This document shows, piece by piece, positions 23,286 through 35,515 of a DNA stretch of 64,000 bases. The notes under the pieces are model-generated. The model saw only the letters and a list, made by a program, of their open reading frames with translations. It did no database searches and was not told where the DNA came from. The translations under genes were made by a program, and so were the position numbers. Position 1 is the stretch's first letter. Each line of letters starts with the position of its first letter. Source of the DNA: Camelus ferus (lineage: Eukaryota); assembly GCF_009834535.1 (NCBI RefSeq), contig NC_045696.1:17610001-17674000 (forward strand), read 5' to 3'.

Positions 23286-26200
23286 GTTTCCATAACACTA
23301 AATGATCTAGCATTTGAAATAATAGTAAGTCCATTCAAAGTTATGTAAAAATAGATAACATGTGGTTTAACACGGCGTCCATCTCAAATATTAGCAAATC
23401 AGTGTTACTGAATGCAGTAGATTCTACATTACATGTAAATTATTTGCCTTCTCTAAGGAAATATATAGCAAGAACAATTTCTTGTTATATATTTCAGAAA
23501 TCAGGTGTGTAACATAATGAAACATATATAATAAAGACAACTAAATAGTTTTCATTGGGTCAAATAGCTCTTAAAGACACAAGCTAAAATGCAACAGTAT
23601 TTAAATGACTACATAAAAAGAAATGATGCATTATTATTAGTGAATTTTCATCCATGACATAAAATCTTAAAGCCTGAAAATTATGTGTTCATCAGTGGTA
23701 ATTTCTAGTTTAATAGATGATTTCAAACAAGATTAAAGTGAATTAAATTATCCTTGCTTTCAGAGTTTTACATTATTTACAATACATTTTATTCATTTTT
23801 CACAGTTTTACGAACTTAAACTTGTATGAAACATACATATTTTAGTTAAGAGCATATCACAAGCATTTTCTGTATTTCAACATATGTTATAATTTTTATT
23901 TTTAATTATGAAAAAACCTTATTGAAGCTAAGGTAGAAAACAAAGCAAAAGAAACTGCCCATAATTCTTCAATTTTACAACTACTGTAACTGCTTGATAT
24001 TATTACTTCTAATAGAATTTCTGGTCTTCTCTCATGTATGTGTGTGTATATACATATTTTATTTTAGTAAAATTACACTGTTAAGAGAAGCTGCAGTGTA
24101 TCCTGCTTTATCCAATTGATATTAGGCTAAATATATTGCTAGAAAACTAGTTGACCTATTTGTTTCTAAGCAGTGTATAATTTTTATCCCTTCTTATCTA
24201 AGCATGAGATGTTTTTCTAAGCTTTCTTTAAAAAATGGACAAATAAGTGAAAAGCAAATGGTTATCCTTTTTTTTTAGTTTTTATATTTTCAATTTCTGG
24301 TGATACTAGTATTATCCAATTAGTGTTCTTGTTTAAATCTACATGTATTATTTTGTATACATATTATCTATCCATTTATATGTATTATGATTTTAGAAAT
24401 ATCTAAGATTTTTGATATCTCCATTTGGGGAGATATTTTATGTAATAAAATACTCATTTAATTGTATTTAAGTATTATATATTTCTTCTGAGGATATCTT
24501 GGCTACAATTCTCAGAGTAACAATTCCTAAAACTTTAATCTTAAAAATTTTTCTAGAATTAATATATACAGAAGAAGATATACTGTCACTCCCATCAGAA
24601 TGAATGAATAACTCAGCTTATTCATATTATTATCTCTAATAGACAGCAGTGTAGTGAAGCTTTATTTAGGTTCGCAGTATTATTAATTTCAACAGTGGGA
24701 TTTTAAATATCAGATCGATAAAAGTTATTTGTAAGGTGTTTCTCGATAGCACATAAAGCTACAGCAGGTACTAGACAAGATATTTCTTCTAGTTTTGAAA
24801 TTCTTAAGACACCTCAAGCCCATCCTTGACATGAGGAGGAGAAGGAGAAACCGAGAAGATTTTAAATTCACAGTGTGCCTGAGGCGAGGACAGAACTTAA
24901 CTCAGCTGGTTCTATCATTCATGGTAGACAAAGCTAAAAATTGAAGTTGTGTTTTTATTATAGTGCATTGACTTTTTTTGATTAAAAAAAGTGCTAACTG
25001 GGGGTAAAAATTTCATCTGTTTTAGACTTTTTACTAGTATTATAGACTATTAACGATAAATGAAATCAACGTAAAATATGTTGTCTTCCGTTTTACATGA
25101 AAAATTTATATGCGTGTTTCACTTTTAATAACCAGTTCTGAGGATGGGCAGAAGTATCCGGATTGTAAACTCCTACTGTTTCAGTAAGAAAGAGATGACC
25201 TGTATTTCAAAACTGAAAAAAAAAAACAAAAAAAACAAAACAGAATTTTAAAGATATTAAATAATGATAGCATTGAATTAAATAATAAGAAAATCAGTGA
25301 AAATATTACAAGTATATCTTAATGAAGTTCTAATAGAATGGCATTTAGAAACTTAAACTGTCATAAGGAATTGTTTTCAGGAGATCATTATGTCAAGACA
25401 TTTACCTGCATTCTCAGTTTCCTCATGTATCGACAAAAAAGCAGAAACACAGTGTACTTTGTGAGTGAGTAGTTTGTACCCTTCTTATGATGTTGAGTTC
25501 CTTGCAAGTCCCAGAGCCTGGAATTCTAGTCTTATGTGCTCTAAATCATCTTGGGCTGCACCATCCATGCCCCTCCATTCAGTCTTTTCCAACACAAGCT
25601 GAACTTTTCAATGCACAGCCTATAGATAGAACAGTTCAGTCTTCAGTTCCATTCTTAATCTTTACCTTCCTTTTTTAAATCCTGCTCACCATTTATCAGT
25701 GAATTCTAGGGGCACCATGACCACTGAATATCCCCATAGGCTTTTTACCGGTGCCACTTTTCCTCCTGGAGAAGCGCAGTTTACCTGAGCACAGCTGGCG
25801 CAAAGGGAAGAAACCTTGAGCCGCATCAGCGATCCTTCTTTGCCATATAATCCACCTGCAGTAGGATTTAAATTGCTTCCTAAATTATGTCTATTTATGT
25901 ACATTTTCCCCTGGAGACTTAATTTTCCTCCAAGAGGAAAATCATGCTTCTCTTCCTCAATTACGTAGATGCATAAAACGTGATTTGTTTTCCCAGCATG
26001 GTATTACATCTCTTTTAGAGAGTAGGTTTCTACACCTGATCCACTGTATCCTTGGAGCTGTGAAATATAAGGACCTTGCACGGGAAAATACATATATTAC
26101 GGAAATAAATACTCCAAAATTACATGTGCTTGTATCTATTTTCATTGCAATATTAAAACTGCATTTATTCATTTTATCTTTGGCAAACATTTATTGAGCT

Positions 26201-29200
26201 TTATTTTATCAAGCACTGTGAAAAGCAAATGAAATACAAAAATCATGATTGGACATGTACCCTGAGGAAACACAGTCTATTGATCTCATTAATGGTCTTT
26301 TTTTCAACATTGACTTTCTGTAGAGCGTAACCAGAGGTTAAATGATGATATAGGAAATCATTTTGTGTCTTGACCTATGTTCTTTAGTGAATTTAAGAAA
26401 GGACTTTGCCCATTGGACTACTTTAAGTCACACATTTATGTATTGTATGTACTATAAAAGGCCTGTACACAATGTCTAACAGTAATATAGCAGCTCATCA
26501 TCCTTAATTACAATGCAGAGATATTAATATTGACTTATATATACAGTTGACTAAAAATAAATGAACTTCACTCTTTTCAGCTTTTTACCTCATTTATTCA
26601 TGTCTCTGTTTTAGTGACAAAATTATCATTTCAGGCTTTAAGTCCTGCAGGCTCAACTCCTGATATCGCACCTCCTTTTCTTCCTCTACATCTTTGTAAC
26701 ATAGCTCTGCATTATGAAAAGCCAAATGCTTTTCTTCATCGGCTTTGAGGTGTTGCTTTTATGCTTAAGTTAATAAACTATAACTACTCCTCAATTACAT
26801 ATATATATATTAAAGCTTCATTTGAAAAGATAAACTTTATCTTCAACCGAACAGGTAAATCTTTAAAATTAAGCATTCAAAGAAACACTCTTAATCATTT
26901 AGTTTAGAGTCTTAATATTTAGTTTCAACATATTAGTTTCATTTTTCTTCTTAATATTTAAATTTTGCTTTATGTGCTTAGAGTCAAAGTTTTCTCCTGA
27001 GCTGATATTCTCACAAAGGCTTTGCTTTAGTAAACTTTTCCTCCTTCTGGTAGCAGGAAGAACTAATTCAGAGGATAGGAACAAGACACTGGCTTTTCTT
27101 TCTCAATTCTGTAATTCCAAAATTTATTTTTCCCTCTTGTCACAAGGAAAGATTTAAAAAAGACCCCACCTCTTGGGAATATAAGGTCTTACTATCTAAG
27201 ATTCTTTCAGCTATAAAAAGTTTTCCTACTTCATGTTATCTTTATAACTTTGCTCAATTTTTTCCTTCTCAAGAAGGTACTTTTTTATACTTAGGGTATT
27301 TGATTTAAAATTGCTTTCTATTTTAAAATTATCTCTTAACCGACTTCTTATTCCCTTAGCAACACTCCTGAAAACTTCAGATAAAAACTGTCCTGCCAGT
27401 TCTTTAGTCTTCCAACCTCATTTAAAACCACAAAATGCAAACATGAAATAATTTGAACAGCAAATTAATATCTAATTAAGCAGCTATCATTGTAGCAGAA
27501 ATAAATAATGATGTGTTTAAGTACAGGTCCAGTGTAAGAGCTGATTAGGGCTATACTGCATGGTTAAATACATTTTTGCAGGTAAAAATTAGGGAAATGT
27601 TGTGCATGATAAGTCTATTCAAACTCAGAAATATGTAGGAAGGCGGTAAGCTCCTCACAAATCAGTCCAAAAAGACTTAACCATGGAAGAATATTTTCAT
27701 ATGTATTTGCAATAATCGAGGAGATAGAGCTGGCAGGCAGTAGAGTTGGGGACAAGTATTCCCTTCAACATGCAGTGTTTCAACAAAGTCATGAAGGTTA
27801 GAGGGTAATGAGCTGTGACAGAGCTTTGAGTAGTGTTGTAGACAATGAACAACTTCCAATGAAGTACCAAAGTTGGTACAGAAATCTACAGTATGCTATA
27901 AATATATTTATATCAAGACAGAGATATATATACATACATACATACAAGTTTATACTATGTAGAAGCTTTATTTATTCACACATGTATACCACACAAACCT
28001 GCACACACAAGAATCTACACACAACATACATAGTGAGAAACAAGCACTGTATTGTCTTATAGATCAAGATTAATGTACTATGTTATGCCTCATTCTCAAA
28101 TTACTGGCAAGTCAGAGTTAAAAATATTTCATTGAGGAAGAAACTAAAAAATAAAAGGATTGTGTTTTCCTCTGGTGAGATACAGAACATCATGGGGACA
28201 GACAGACGCCAAGAAAAAGAAAAAGAAATAATAAAAATAAATGATACTCAAGAAATCACAAAGGTTATGTTTGTATTCTTTTCATAAAGTAGTAAAAAAA
28301 AAATGCTGCGCTGGACACGATACACGTCCAATACATGATGGGCCCTCGTATATGAAAACGGAAACTAAGGCTGAGACTGAAGGAGAAATCCTAGGAAACG
28401 TTAATGTACTTAAACCAGAGTGTATATATCATCAGCGAGGTTTGGAATTTTAGAGCTGACTTCTGGAGATAGGAGCCTGTCAAAGCAGGCTGTGGAGGTC
28501 AAGCAATGCACTTCTTTCCCTGACACAGAGCAGTGCTTTCTGGTTTGATGAGAAAATGTTAATCTTACCTTCCAGACACCCCACCCCAGTCAGTGCATTG
28601 CCCTCTGCCGTATTGTTTTGCAAGGACCCTAGCTACAAAATCCAGCAAGGGTGATGGATTTGTAGCAGATGGAGGTGTTGCCAAACCCTAAAGCTTTACT
28701 TGTCTCTGTGTTAACAGATGAAGGTGGAGGAACAGATGTCAGAAACAATCAAACAGTTTTCAGGGCAGGAAAATAAACATTGAAGGAAACATGTAACTTG
28801 CCAGAACAGATGATCAAGAAATTAAAACATCTGATGATAAAACACTATGTCCAGATGGCGTTTATCCCTGACTTCTCAAGGAAAAAGAATAATGATTGGT
28901 AGGGGGAAAAAAAATGACCATTCCTAGAGATAATCTAATTCCCTATGAAATCACGGGAGGTAGACACCACAGAAAAATAAAAGCAAAACATTTAAAATAC
29001 ATGTGTTAGGAAATAATATGAAAATCTTAGCCATTATAGAACACTTTTGCTTATATCATGAACAAAATTATTGCATAGATTTACATTGTATTTCTTACAG
29101 ATGTGATAAAGGCCAAAGTTCAATTATGTCCATTTATTTTTTACTCCATAGTGAAATACTGATATTATAGTGTTTATCATTTTCTTTCCATCAACTATTT

Positions 29201-29291
29201 GTCTTGTACACCTAGATACAAGGCAGAGTTGTTTTTCTCTATGCTGTCCCCTTGAAGTTAGATATTTTCCCGGTAGAGAATAATTCATGTG

Positions 29292-29521
29292 TGTCACACA
29301 CTTATTGATGGAGGAATTAGTGCACCCTGTGTTACTCTACTGGGAGAGGGCTCAGCGTGGTTCTCATCTGGTTTCCATCCATGCATTTTCCTTTTGCTGA
29401 TCTTGCTTTGTGTACTTTTGCTATAATAAATCATAGCCATGAGAAGTACTGTAAGCTGAGCCCTATGCGTCCCCCTAGCAAGTCCCTGAACTTTGGGGGT
29501 GGCCTTGCGTGTCCTGACACA
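29292..29521 (+). mobile_element. MER21-like LTR, 3' part
   Basis: TTTTCCTTTTGCTGATCTTGCTTTGTGTACTTTTGCTATAATAAATCATAGCCATGAG...GGGGGTGGCCTTG...CCTGACACA. Confidence 0.8.
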
Positions 29522-30387
29522 ATGCCACCTCCAGGTTGGCAGCCTGAAGAGCCAGTTCCTGATCTGGCATATCATTTTTTTCTGTTCTGGTAGTTATGAA
29601 CGCATGCATTGCAGCCTCCTTCAGCCCAGGACTCTAAATGAGGATGATGTAAAGTAGAATGATACTCTTACAAGGTACAGTGAGACTTCTAGTTTTTAAG
29701 TCATGGAGATTTTGGTGTTTTTAACTCAGTATAAGTATCGTGTCTAATTCAATTATTAAGTAATGAAGTCAACATGTTCACAGAACACCTACTACTTTAT
29801 TCAATTAATTGTTTTTAAGACAGAGTAAGCTCATTGTGTAGAATATTGTACAAAAAATTTTGAGCAGTTGCAAAGCAATTTGAGGTAACGCTACACATTA
29901 AGCAAAGCTGGAGAACATAGATTTCTATTCCAGGATCATTAGATGTGATCTTCACTATAAAACCCAACAGTTTTCAGAGAATCAGTGCATCCTATACCAT
30001 AACTTGATTCTTAAACATGCATTTTAGTTTAAGATTAGTGTGGAAAACCAAGTGGATTCAAAGAACAGAGTAAAGTTTGAGCCTAGATAAGTTGCATCAT
30101 GTGTCTATCTGTAAGGATACTAGACCAGAAGTTAGATCCTAAGCCAGGAGATCAGACAATGGGGGCTGTGGAGGCAGAAAGAGAGGACTTTTAGAGTGTT
30201 GCTTTTCTAACATTCCCAGCTAAGTCAAAGAACTTCATCCAGTGGGAACCAAAGTAATAGAAAAAAAAAAAAGTAGTCAGCCTTACAATAGACCTGCAAT
30301 TAGCATCCTGGAAGCCTGGGGCAGCTGTCAGAGGCACAATAGGAGAGGACTTTGAGGACAGGAAAGCAACATATTATGGGACAAGGG

Positions 30388-30600
30388 CAGGATTCTTCAC
30401 ATTAAGTGCCATTGGTGTTCTAGGTCAGCTCATTCTTTGTTGTTGGGGGCTGTCCTCTGCATGCAGGATGTTTAGCAGCACCTCTGACCTCTACTTACTA
30501 GATGCCAGGAGTATTCCCCTGTTGTGGCAACTGATCCTAAGCTCAAACATTGTCAAATATCTTCTAGGCAGCAAAATCCCCCTCTAGTAGAAAACCACTG
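30388..30600 (+). mobile_element. MER20 hAT-Charlie DNA transposon
   Basis: ATTCTTTGTTGTTGGGGGCTGTCCTCTGCATGCAGGATGTTTAGCAGCACCTCTGACCTCTACTTACTAGATGCCAG...GAAAACCACTG; degenerate 8-bp TSD GACAAGGG/GACTAGAG; orientation follows my recalled consensus. Confidence 0.85.
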
Positions 30601-31589
30601 GACTAGAGCAAAAGGTAGAAAAGTCATAATTGAAAAGTGAAGAAAGGGAAAAAAAAAGAATGTCTTAGGAGTTTGGGTATCTGGGCACAAGGGCAGCAAA
30701 CTATGATGTATGTATGGAAGCGGGTAGTGGGGGGAACCCAAATTTTGGAGTGAAAAATCTGAAGATCAGGATACAAATTTGCTTTAACCAAGACAGAGAC
30801 AAATCCAGGATCTACTGACCTACCAACCTGCTGAGAGGCCAGGAATTAAGTCAGAACACCAAATGAATATTAATGTCCATGTCCGCTTGAATGGATTGGC
30901 TGGGCCATTTAACAAAAATAATAAGGAGGCATTAGGGGCATTAGGTAGACAATTTCCTAAATAACAGGTCGCAGAAACTCTTGCTAATAAAAATCCTCTA
31001 TTAGTTTTCAGGGAAAATTTTATGAAATCTACACTGTCCCCAAATATACAACAACTAGGTGGCCCGCTGTGCCTCCTCTCCTTGACAGCTGTGTGTGAAA
31101 GGAAAGACAGGACTGGCCATCTCGAAGAAGAAAATCCTCTCTTTGCTGATCTTATGGCCACTGCTTCCCAAGGTATTTTGGTTTTAGGGTCTTAGTGAGA
31201 TTGTACTACTTTCTTGTTGGGATCTGAATTGGTAGCTGCATCAACACTCTGCTTCTTTCTTCTCTGCCTTCTCTCTGCTACTGTCATTTACAAGTGAAGA
31301 GAAACACAGGTACCAGATCTGTGTGATGTCACCTGGAGTCCTGATCCTGGTTTCCTATGTAGCTTCTTCTGCCCCGCACCGAGGCAGGACTCAAAGGCAA
31401 GTTCCTACGGACTCAAACTGAACTTACACTTTCAATGGTGGAACCCATCACACTGCCCTGATAGTGTGAAAACTAGGTAATTCAGGCATTGGGATTCTGT
31501 TTTTCTAACTCCTGTCACCAACCACTCAGTTGGTGTTCAGTATGTGCTTATTAGATGAATAACCATGATATGTTGAAATATCATTTTAT

Positions 31590-31772
31590 TTACATTGCTT
31601 TGAGTCCTCATGGCAATCCTGGGTGTTTTATTTTGTTATACCCATTTTGCAGATGAGAAAGCTGAGGTTGATGAGATTAAGTCATCTCCCCAAAGTTACA
31701 GAGCAAGCACAACCTGTAGATCTGGGCTTCAAATGCCTGTCTGAGTCCAAATCTTGGCTTTTCTTATGCTGC
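31590..31772 (-). mobile_element. MIR SINE
   Basis: CCCATTTTGCAGATGAGAAAGCTGAGG...CCCAAAGTTACAGAGC. Confidence 0.85.
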
Positions 31773-31799
31773 CATTGTTTCTGCCATTGAGAGCCATTG

Positions 31800-31983
31800 C
31801 AGAGGTTCCCAAACTCAAGGGTGTGTCACAATCACCTGAAGGCTGATGAAATAGATTTCTGGACTCTGCATCCCTGGGTTTCTTATTCAATAAAACTGGG
31901 GTGGGGCCGGGGTATTTGTAGTTCTAACGGGTTTCCCGGATGCTGAGTATGTTTGTCAGGGAGCTAGAATCGGAGAACTCCAG
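31800..31983. mobile_element. MER5A hAT-Charlie element
   Basis: CAGAGGTTCCCAAACT...AATCACCTGAAGG...CTGGGGTGGGGCCGGG...TTCTAAC...GAGAACTCCAG. Confidence 0.75.
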
Positions 31984-33342
31984 GTTTAATGAATGAATAA
32001 ATACACTGAAAAAAACTCATGATGGGAGTAATGCAAACTTACTCTTATATTAAGACATCATCAAGTATTACAAAAAAATCACAAGAAATAGATCCACCTC
32101 AGTTTCTCAGGCAGAATATAATAGCCCCACAATGCATCTCGAGGAGTTGGGAAAAATGATGAGGAAAATCAGAACAGGAACAAAGTCTTCCCTGTGCTGT
32201 CTGTAGAAATCAGAAGAAAAAGAAAAGAAAAGAAAAGGAGAGAGCACCAAAAATGAGGATCTGAAAAACAAGCTAAACATTAACCCCTTTACCTATATGT
32301 CACTTCTCAGTCAGGCCCACCGTGCTTTAAATTCCAGTCCCCCTGTGACAATCTTCATCTGCCTTTTTCTACTATTTATTTTCCTCATCATAACCCTAAC
32401 ACATCGTGTAATTTATTGTTTTTAATATATTTTTGTTTATCTTAGAATGCAAATTCCTTAACTTTAGGCAGTTTTTGTTGCTGCCGTTTTTGCAAACACA
32501 GGTCTTTTACTTGAAGATCTTTTTGCTATTGAGCTGGTCGGAATCCAGCTCCTGCTTTTAAGAATAACTGGGCTTACTGAGCTGTAGAAAATGGAAAAGA
32601 GAAAAGAAAAAGGAAAAAAAAAAAACAGATGTGCAGGGATAAAGGTTAGGGTCTAGTGACACAATAGAGACTCTGCTCCAGCTGCTTCTTTCCCTCTTTT
32701 GTTCATAGAATTTGTCAAAGAATAGAAAACTGTTTAAAAAAAAATTCCTTTTCTCAAAATAATTTTCCTTCTCCTTTCTTGGAAATCCCTGGGGGCGTTA
32801 GACTCAGAGACGGACACCAAAGGAAGTTCTGTTTGGCCCTGTAGTTACCGGCTTAGACTTCTGTTACAGAATTACCTTTCGATCATGCTTTTCTCCCTTC
32901 AGTGACATCAGCCGTCTGAAATAACTTGAAGCTCTGTGTGGGTTTCATCTCTAGGGCCTTATTACACAAGGCTTGAATGGCTTGTGTTGTGTGTCATCAG
33001 TAAACATCCTGTGCTTATAACTGAGAGATTTGGTTTTCATAAAGAGGTCAAAAAGTGAATAGAGAGATGCTGGTATAATAATTCCAACTTAACTAGGGCA
33101 AATTCTCTCCTGTGTTTTTTTTTTCTTTTTTTTTTTTTGCCAGAAATTATATGAACATTTGGTCTTGTTCTTGAAGACAGTGTATAAAACTATAAAGGTA
33201 GTGAATTAATTTACTGGGGAGCTGTGCTAGGTGCTTGAAGGCAGGTATAATAAGCAAAATATTATTTTTTAAATTTCTGGAAAGGAAGCCTTTAGAGTAT
33301 AAGTTAATTTTGCAGGTAATACACTTGGCATTATAATAAAAT

Positions 33343-33441
33343 TTTATTTTTCTTTCTAATAATGTATTTTTCTTTCTAATAACATATTTTTCTTTTCATA
33401 TTTTTCATATTTTTCTTTTCATATTTTTCTTTCTAATAACA
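33343..33441. repeat. Short imperfect tandem repeat of TATTTTTCTTTCTAATAA and CATATTTTTC units
   Basis: TATTTTTCTTTCTAATAA three times, interleaved with CATATTTTTC(TTTT) units. Confidence 0.8.
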
Positions 33442-33945
33442 CAGAAATGTGTGTGTGTGTGTGGTGGCTTCAAAAGACTTATTTAATTCCATGATGTTTA
33501 TTTGGAAGAATTTATAGCTTTTGTATTTATAGATGCAATGCCATGGGACATATTTTTCAAATTGCAATATCAGGCCATACAAATATGGCCTTAGATTTAT
33601 TTTTTTAATAAACTAACAATATTTAATTAATCAGAGACAGCTAAAAGGAAAAAAAAACCCTATAAATTCAATAGTCAAACTCTTTTTGTTCATATCTGAC
33701 AAAAGTGCACTCGTTTCTCCAGAAATAATTTTAAATTGAAACTTCACCCTTATGAAACATATTTGCTTTTGTTTTTAACAATGTGAAACTTCCAATGTAT
33801 GAGAATTGGGAATCCATAGATGTTTCATTTGTTTGTTTTTACTAGAAAGTGGTGATGATTTGTGAGGTATTTGCACTTTTGCAAAAAGAAAAGCTAAATG
33901 TATGAACAGTTCAGAGAGAGAAGAACTGAGCGGCCAACTTAGCAC

Positions 33946-34095
33946 TGATTGATTCACTTATTTGATTCATTCATTGACTGATTCATCCAATATTTATTGA
34001 GAATTTATATGTGTTGAACACTGCACTGGGTTTGGGGGATTTTTAAGTGAGCAAGCAAGTATCTTAGAACTCAAGGAGCATTTATTTAAGAAGTA
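33946..34095 (-). mobile_element. L2 3' end
   Basis: (ATTC)n-like tail then CAATATTTATTGAG...CTCAAGGAGCATTTA. Confidence 0.75.
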
Positions 34096-34194
34096 AAATA
34101 TGATCAACACTGTCAAATTGTACATATTTTGCCCAATTAATTATGCTCTTGTAAACAATGAAGATCGGTGTCATACTTTTCTGATGACCTAGAA

Positions 34195-34381
34195 CAGGCA
34201 TGACAAACTATCCTCAACAAACCTGTTTTTGTACAGCCTGTGATCCAAGAATTTCTTTTACATTTTTAAATGGTTACATTTTAAATGGTTATATAAACTC
34301 CTCTGTAATACCCTGGATTTCACTATCTCACACCTAAAATATTTTTTATCACCCTGTTTAAGAAAAAGTTTGCCAACCCTA
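34195..34381. mobile_element. MER58-type hAT-Charlie element
   Basis: TIR-like ends CAGGCATGACAAACT / AGTTTGCCAACCCTA; CCTGTTTTTGTA and CCTAAAATATTT internal motifs. Confidence 0.7.
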
Positions 34382-35271
34382 ATATAGAATACACACATGT
34401 ATCTGATTCTTCCTCTACAGGTGATGATATTCAGCTTTATTTTTATGTATATATACACATAAGTCATATATGCAAATGTGTATATATGTACATACATATA
34501 AATGTACATGCATGTGTGTATGTGTGTGTCTCTCTTTTCCCATTTCTTTAATTCTCTCTCTGAGAGAGAAATGTGGGAAGTATCCTCTGGGTCTCTCAGT
34601 GGACATAGTTGGTGTAGGGGTGCAGGGTTGGTGGTGTGCAGACTACATGTGATAAATTCACTCTGTTTTACAAAGATTTCGTATTCCTGTATCCACATTA
34701 GGTCAAGAAATTTCTAGCACCTGAAACTGACTGAATGGAGGTGCATGCCACTGATCCAAGTTTCAGACAAACAACCAAATAAACTGATAGAGACATTGCC
34801 AGCTGCATGAGCTAATGTATCACATTTAGAATTTTTGGTGTATACCCATATCAATATATTCATATCAGTCCAGTGGGTAATCATGTCCATCCCACTTTAC
34901 CTAATACTTTGGGAATTCACTTACACACATATTCCCAGGCTTATGAAATTAACAAAAACCTTCCATTTCTTTTGGAGTATAAACTACTTTCTCTAGGGTC
35001 AGACTCCTCTGAAACGAGCTGACATCAGACCCTCATTAGTGGTGTTGAGGTGATAAGAGGGGCCTGGATGTGTCTTGAGAGCAGTCGGTGTGTCCTTACA
35101 GGGCAACTGCCTCAGATCATTTTATTGTAACTTCTTTAAGCAAGAGGAGGCAAATGCCTTCAGACGTGGGGTGGTAAGTGCTTTACTGGCAAAGGAGGCT
35201 AGGATAACTCCAGGGTTCAGGTTATTTTCTCCTGTGTACGCCCAAGTATTTACATTTCCAATCTCAGAATC

Positions 35272-35515
35272 TGCAGTGGTTAGTTTTATGTATCAACTTG
35301 GCTAGTCTATAATCCCTATTTATTCAAACAAATACTGATCTATGTATTAAATATGGGTATTTTGTAGATGAGTTAAATACATAATAAATTGACAGCAAAT
35401 AAAGGAGATTATCCTAGATTACCTCAGTAAATCTGAGTTAATCGGTAGAATGACCTTAAGAGCAGAACTGAGTCTCCTTCAGAGAAGAAGAAATTCTGCT
35501 GTGGGTTGCAAATCT
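35272..35515 (+). mobile_element. MLT2D-like LTR, 5' part
   Basis: TGCAGTGGTTAGTTTTATGTATCAACTTGGCTAG...AAAGGAGATTATCCTAGAT...CCTTAAGAGCAGAACTGAG...GAAGAAGAAATTCTGC. Confidence 0.85.

Noticed and set aside
33000..33010. GTAAACATCCT resembling the miR-30 5' end
   Set aside because: The match is only 11 nt, the rest of the mature sequence differs, and I see no complementary hairpin arm.
34537..34580. TTCTCTCTC-T-GAGAGAGAA palindrome
   Set aside because: It is a low-complexity TC/GA dinucleotide palindrome next to a simple repeat.
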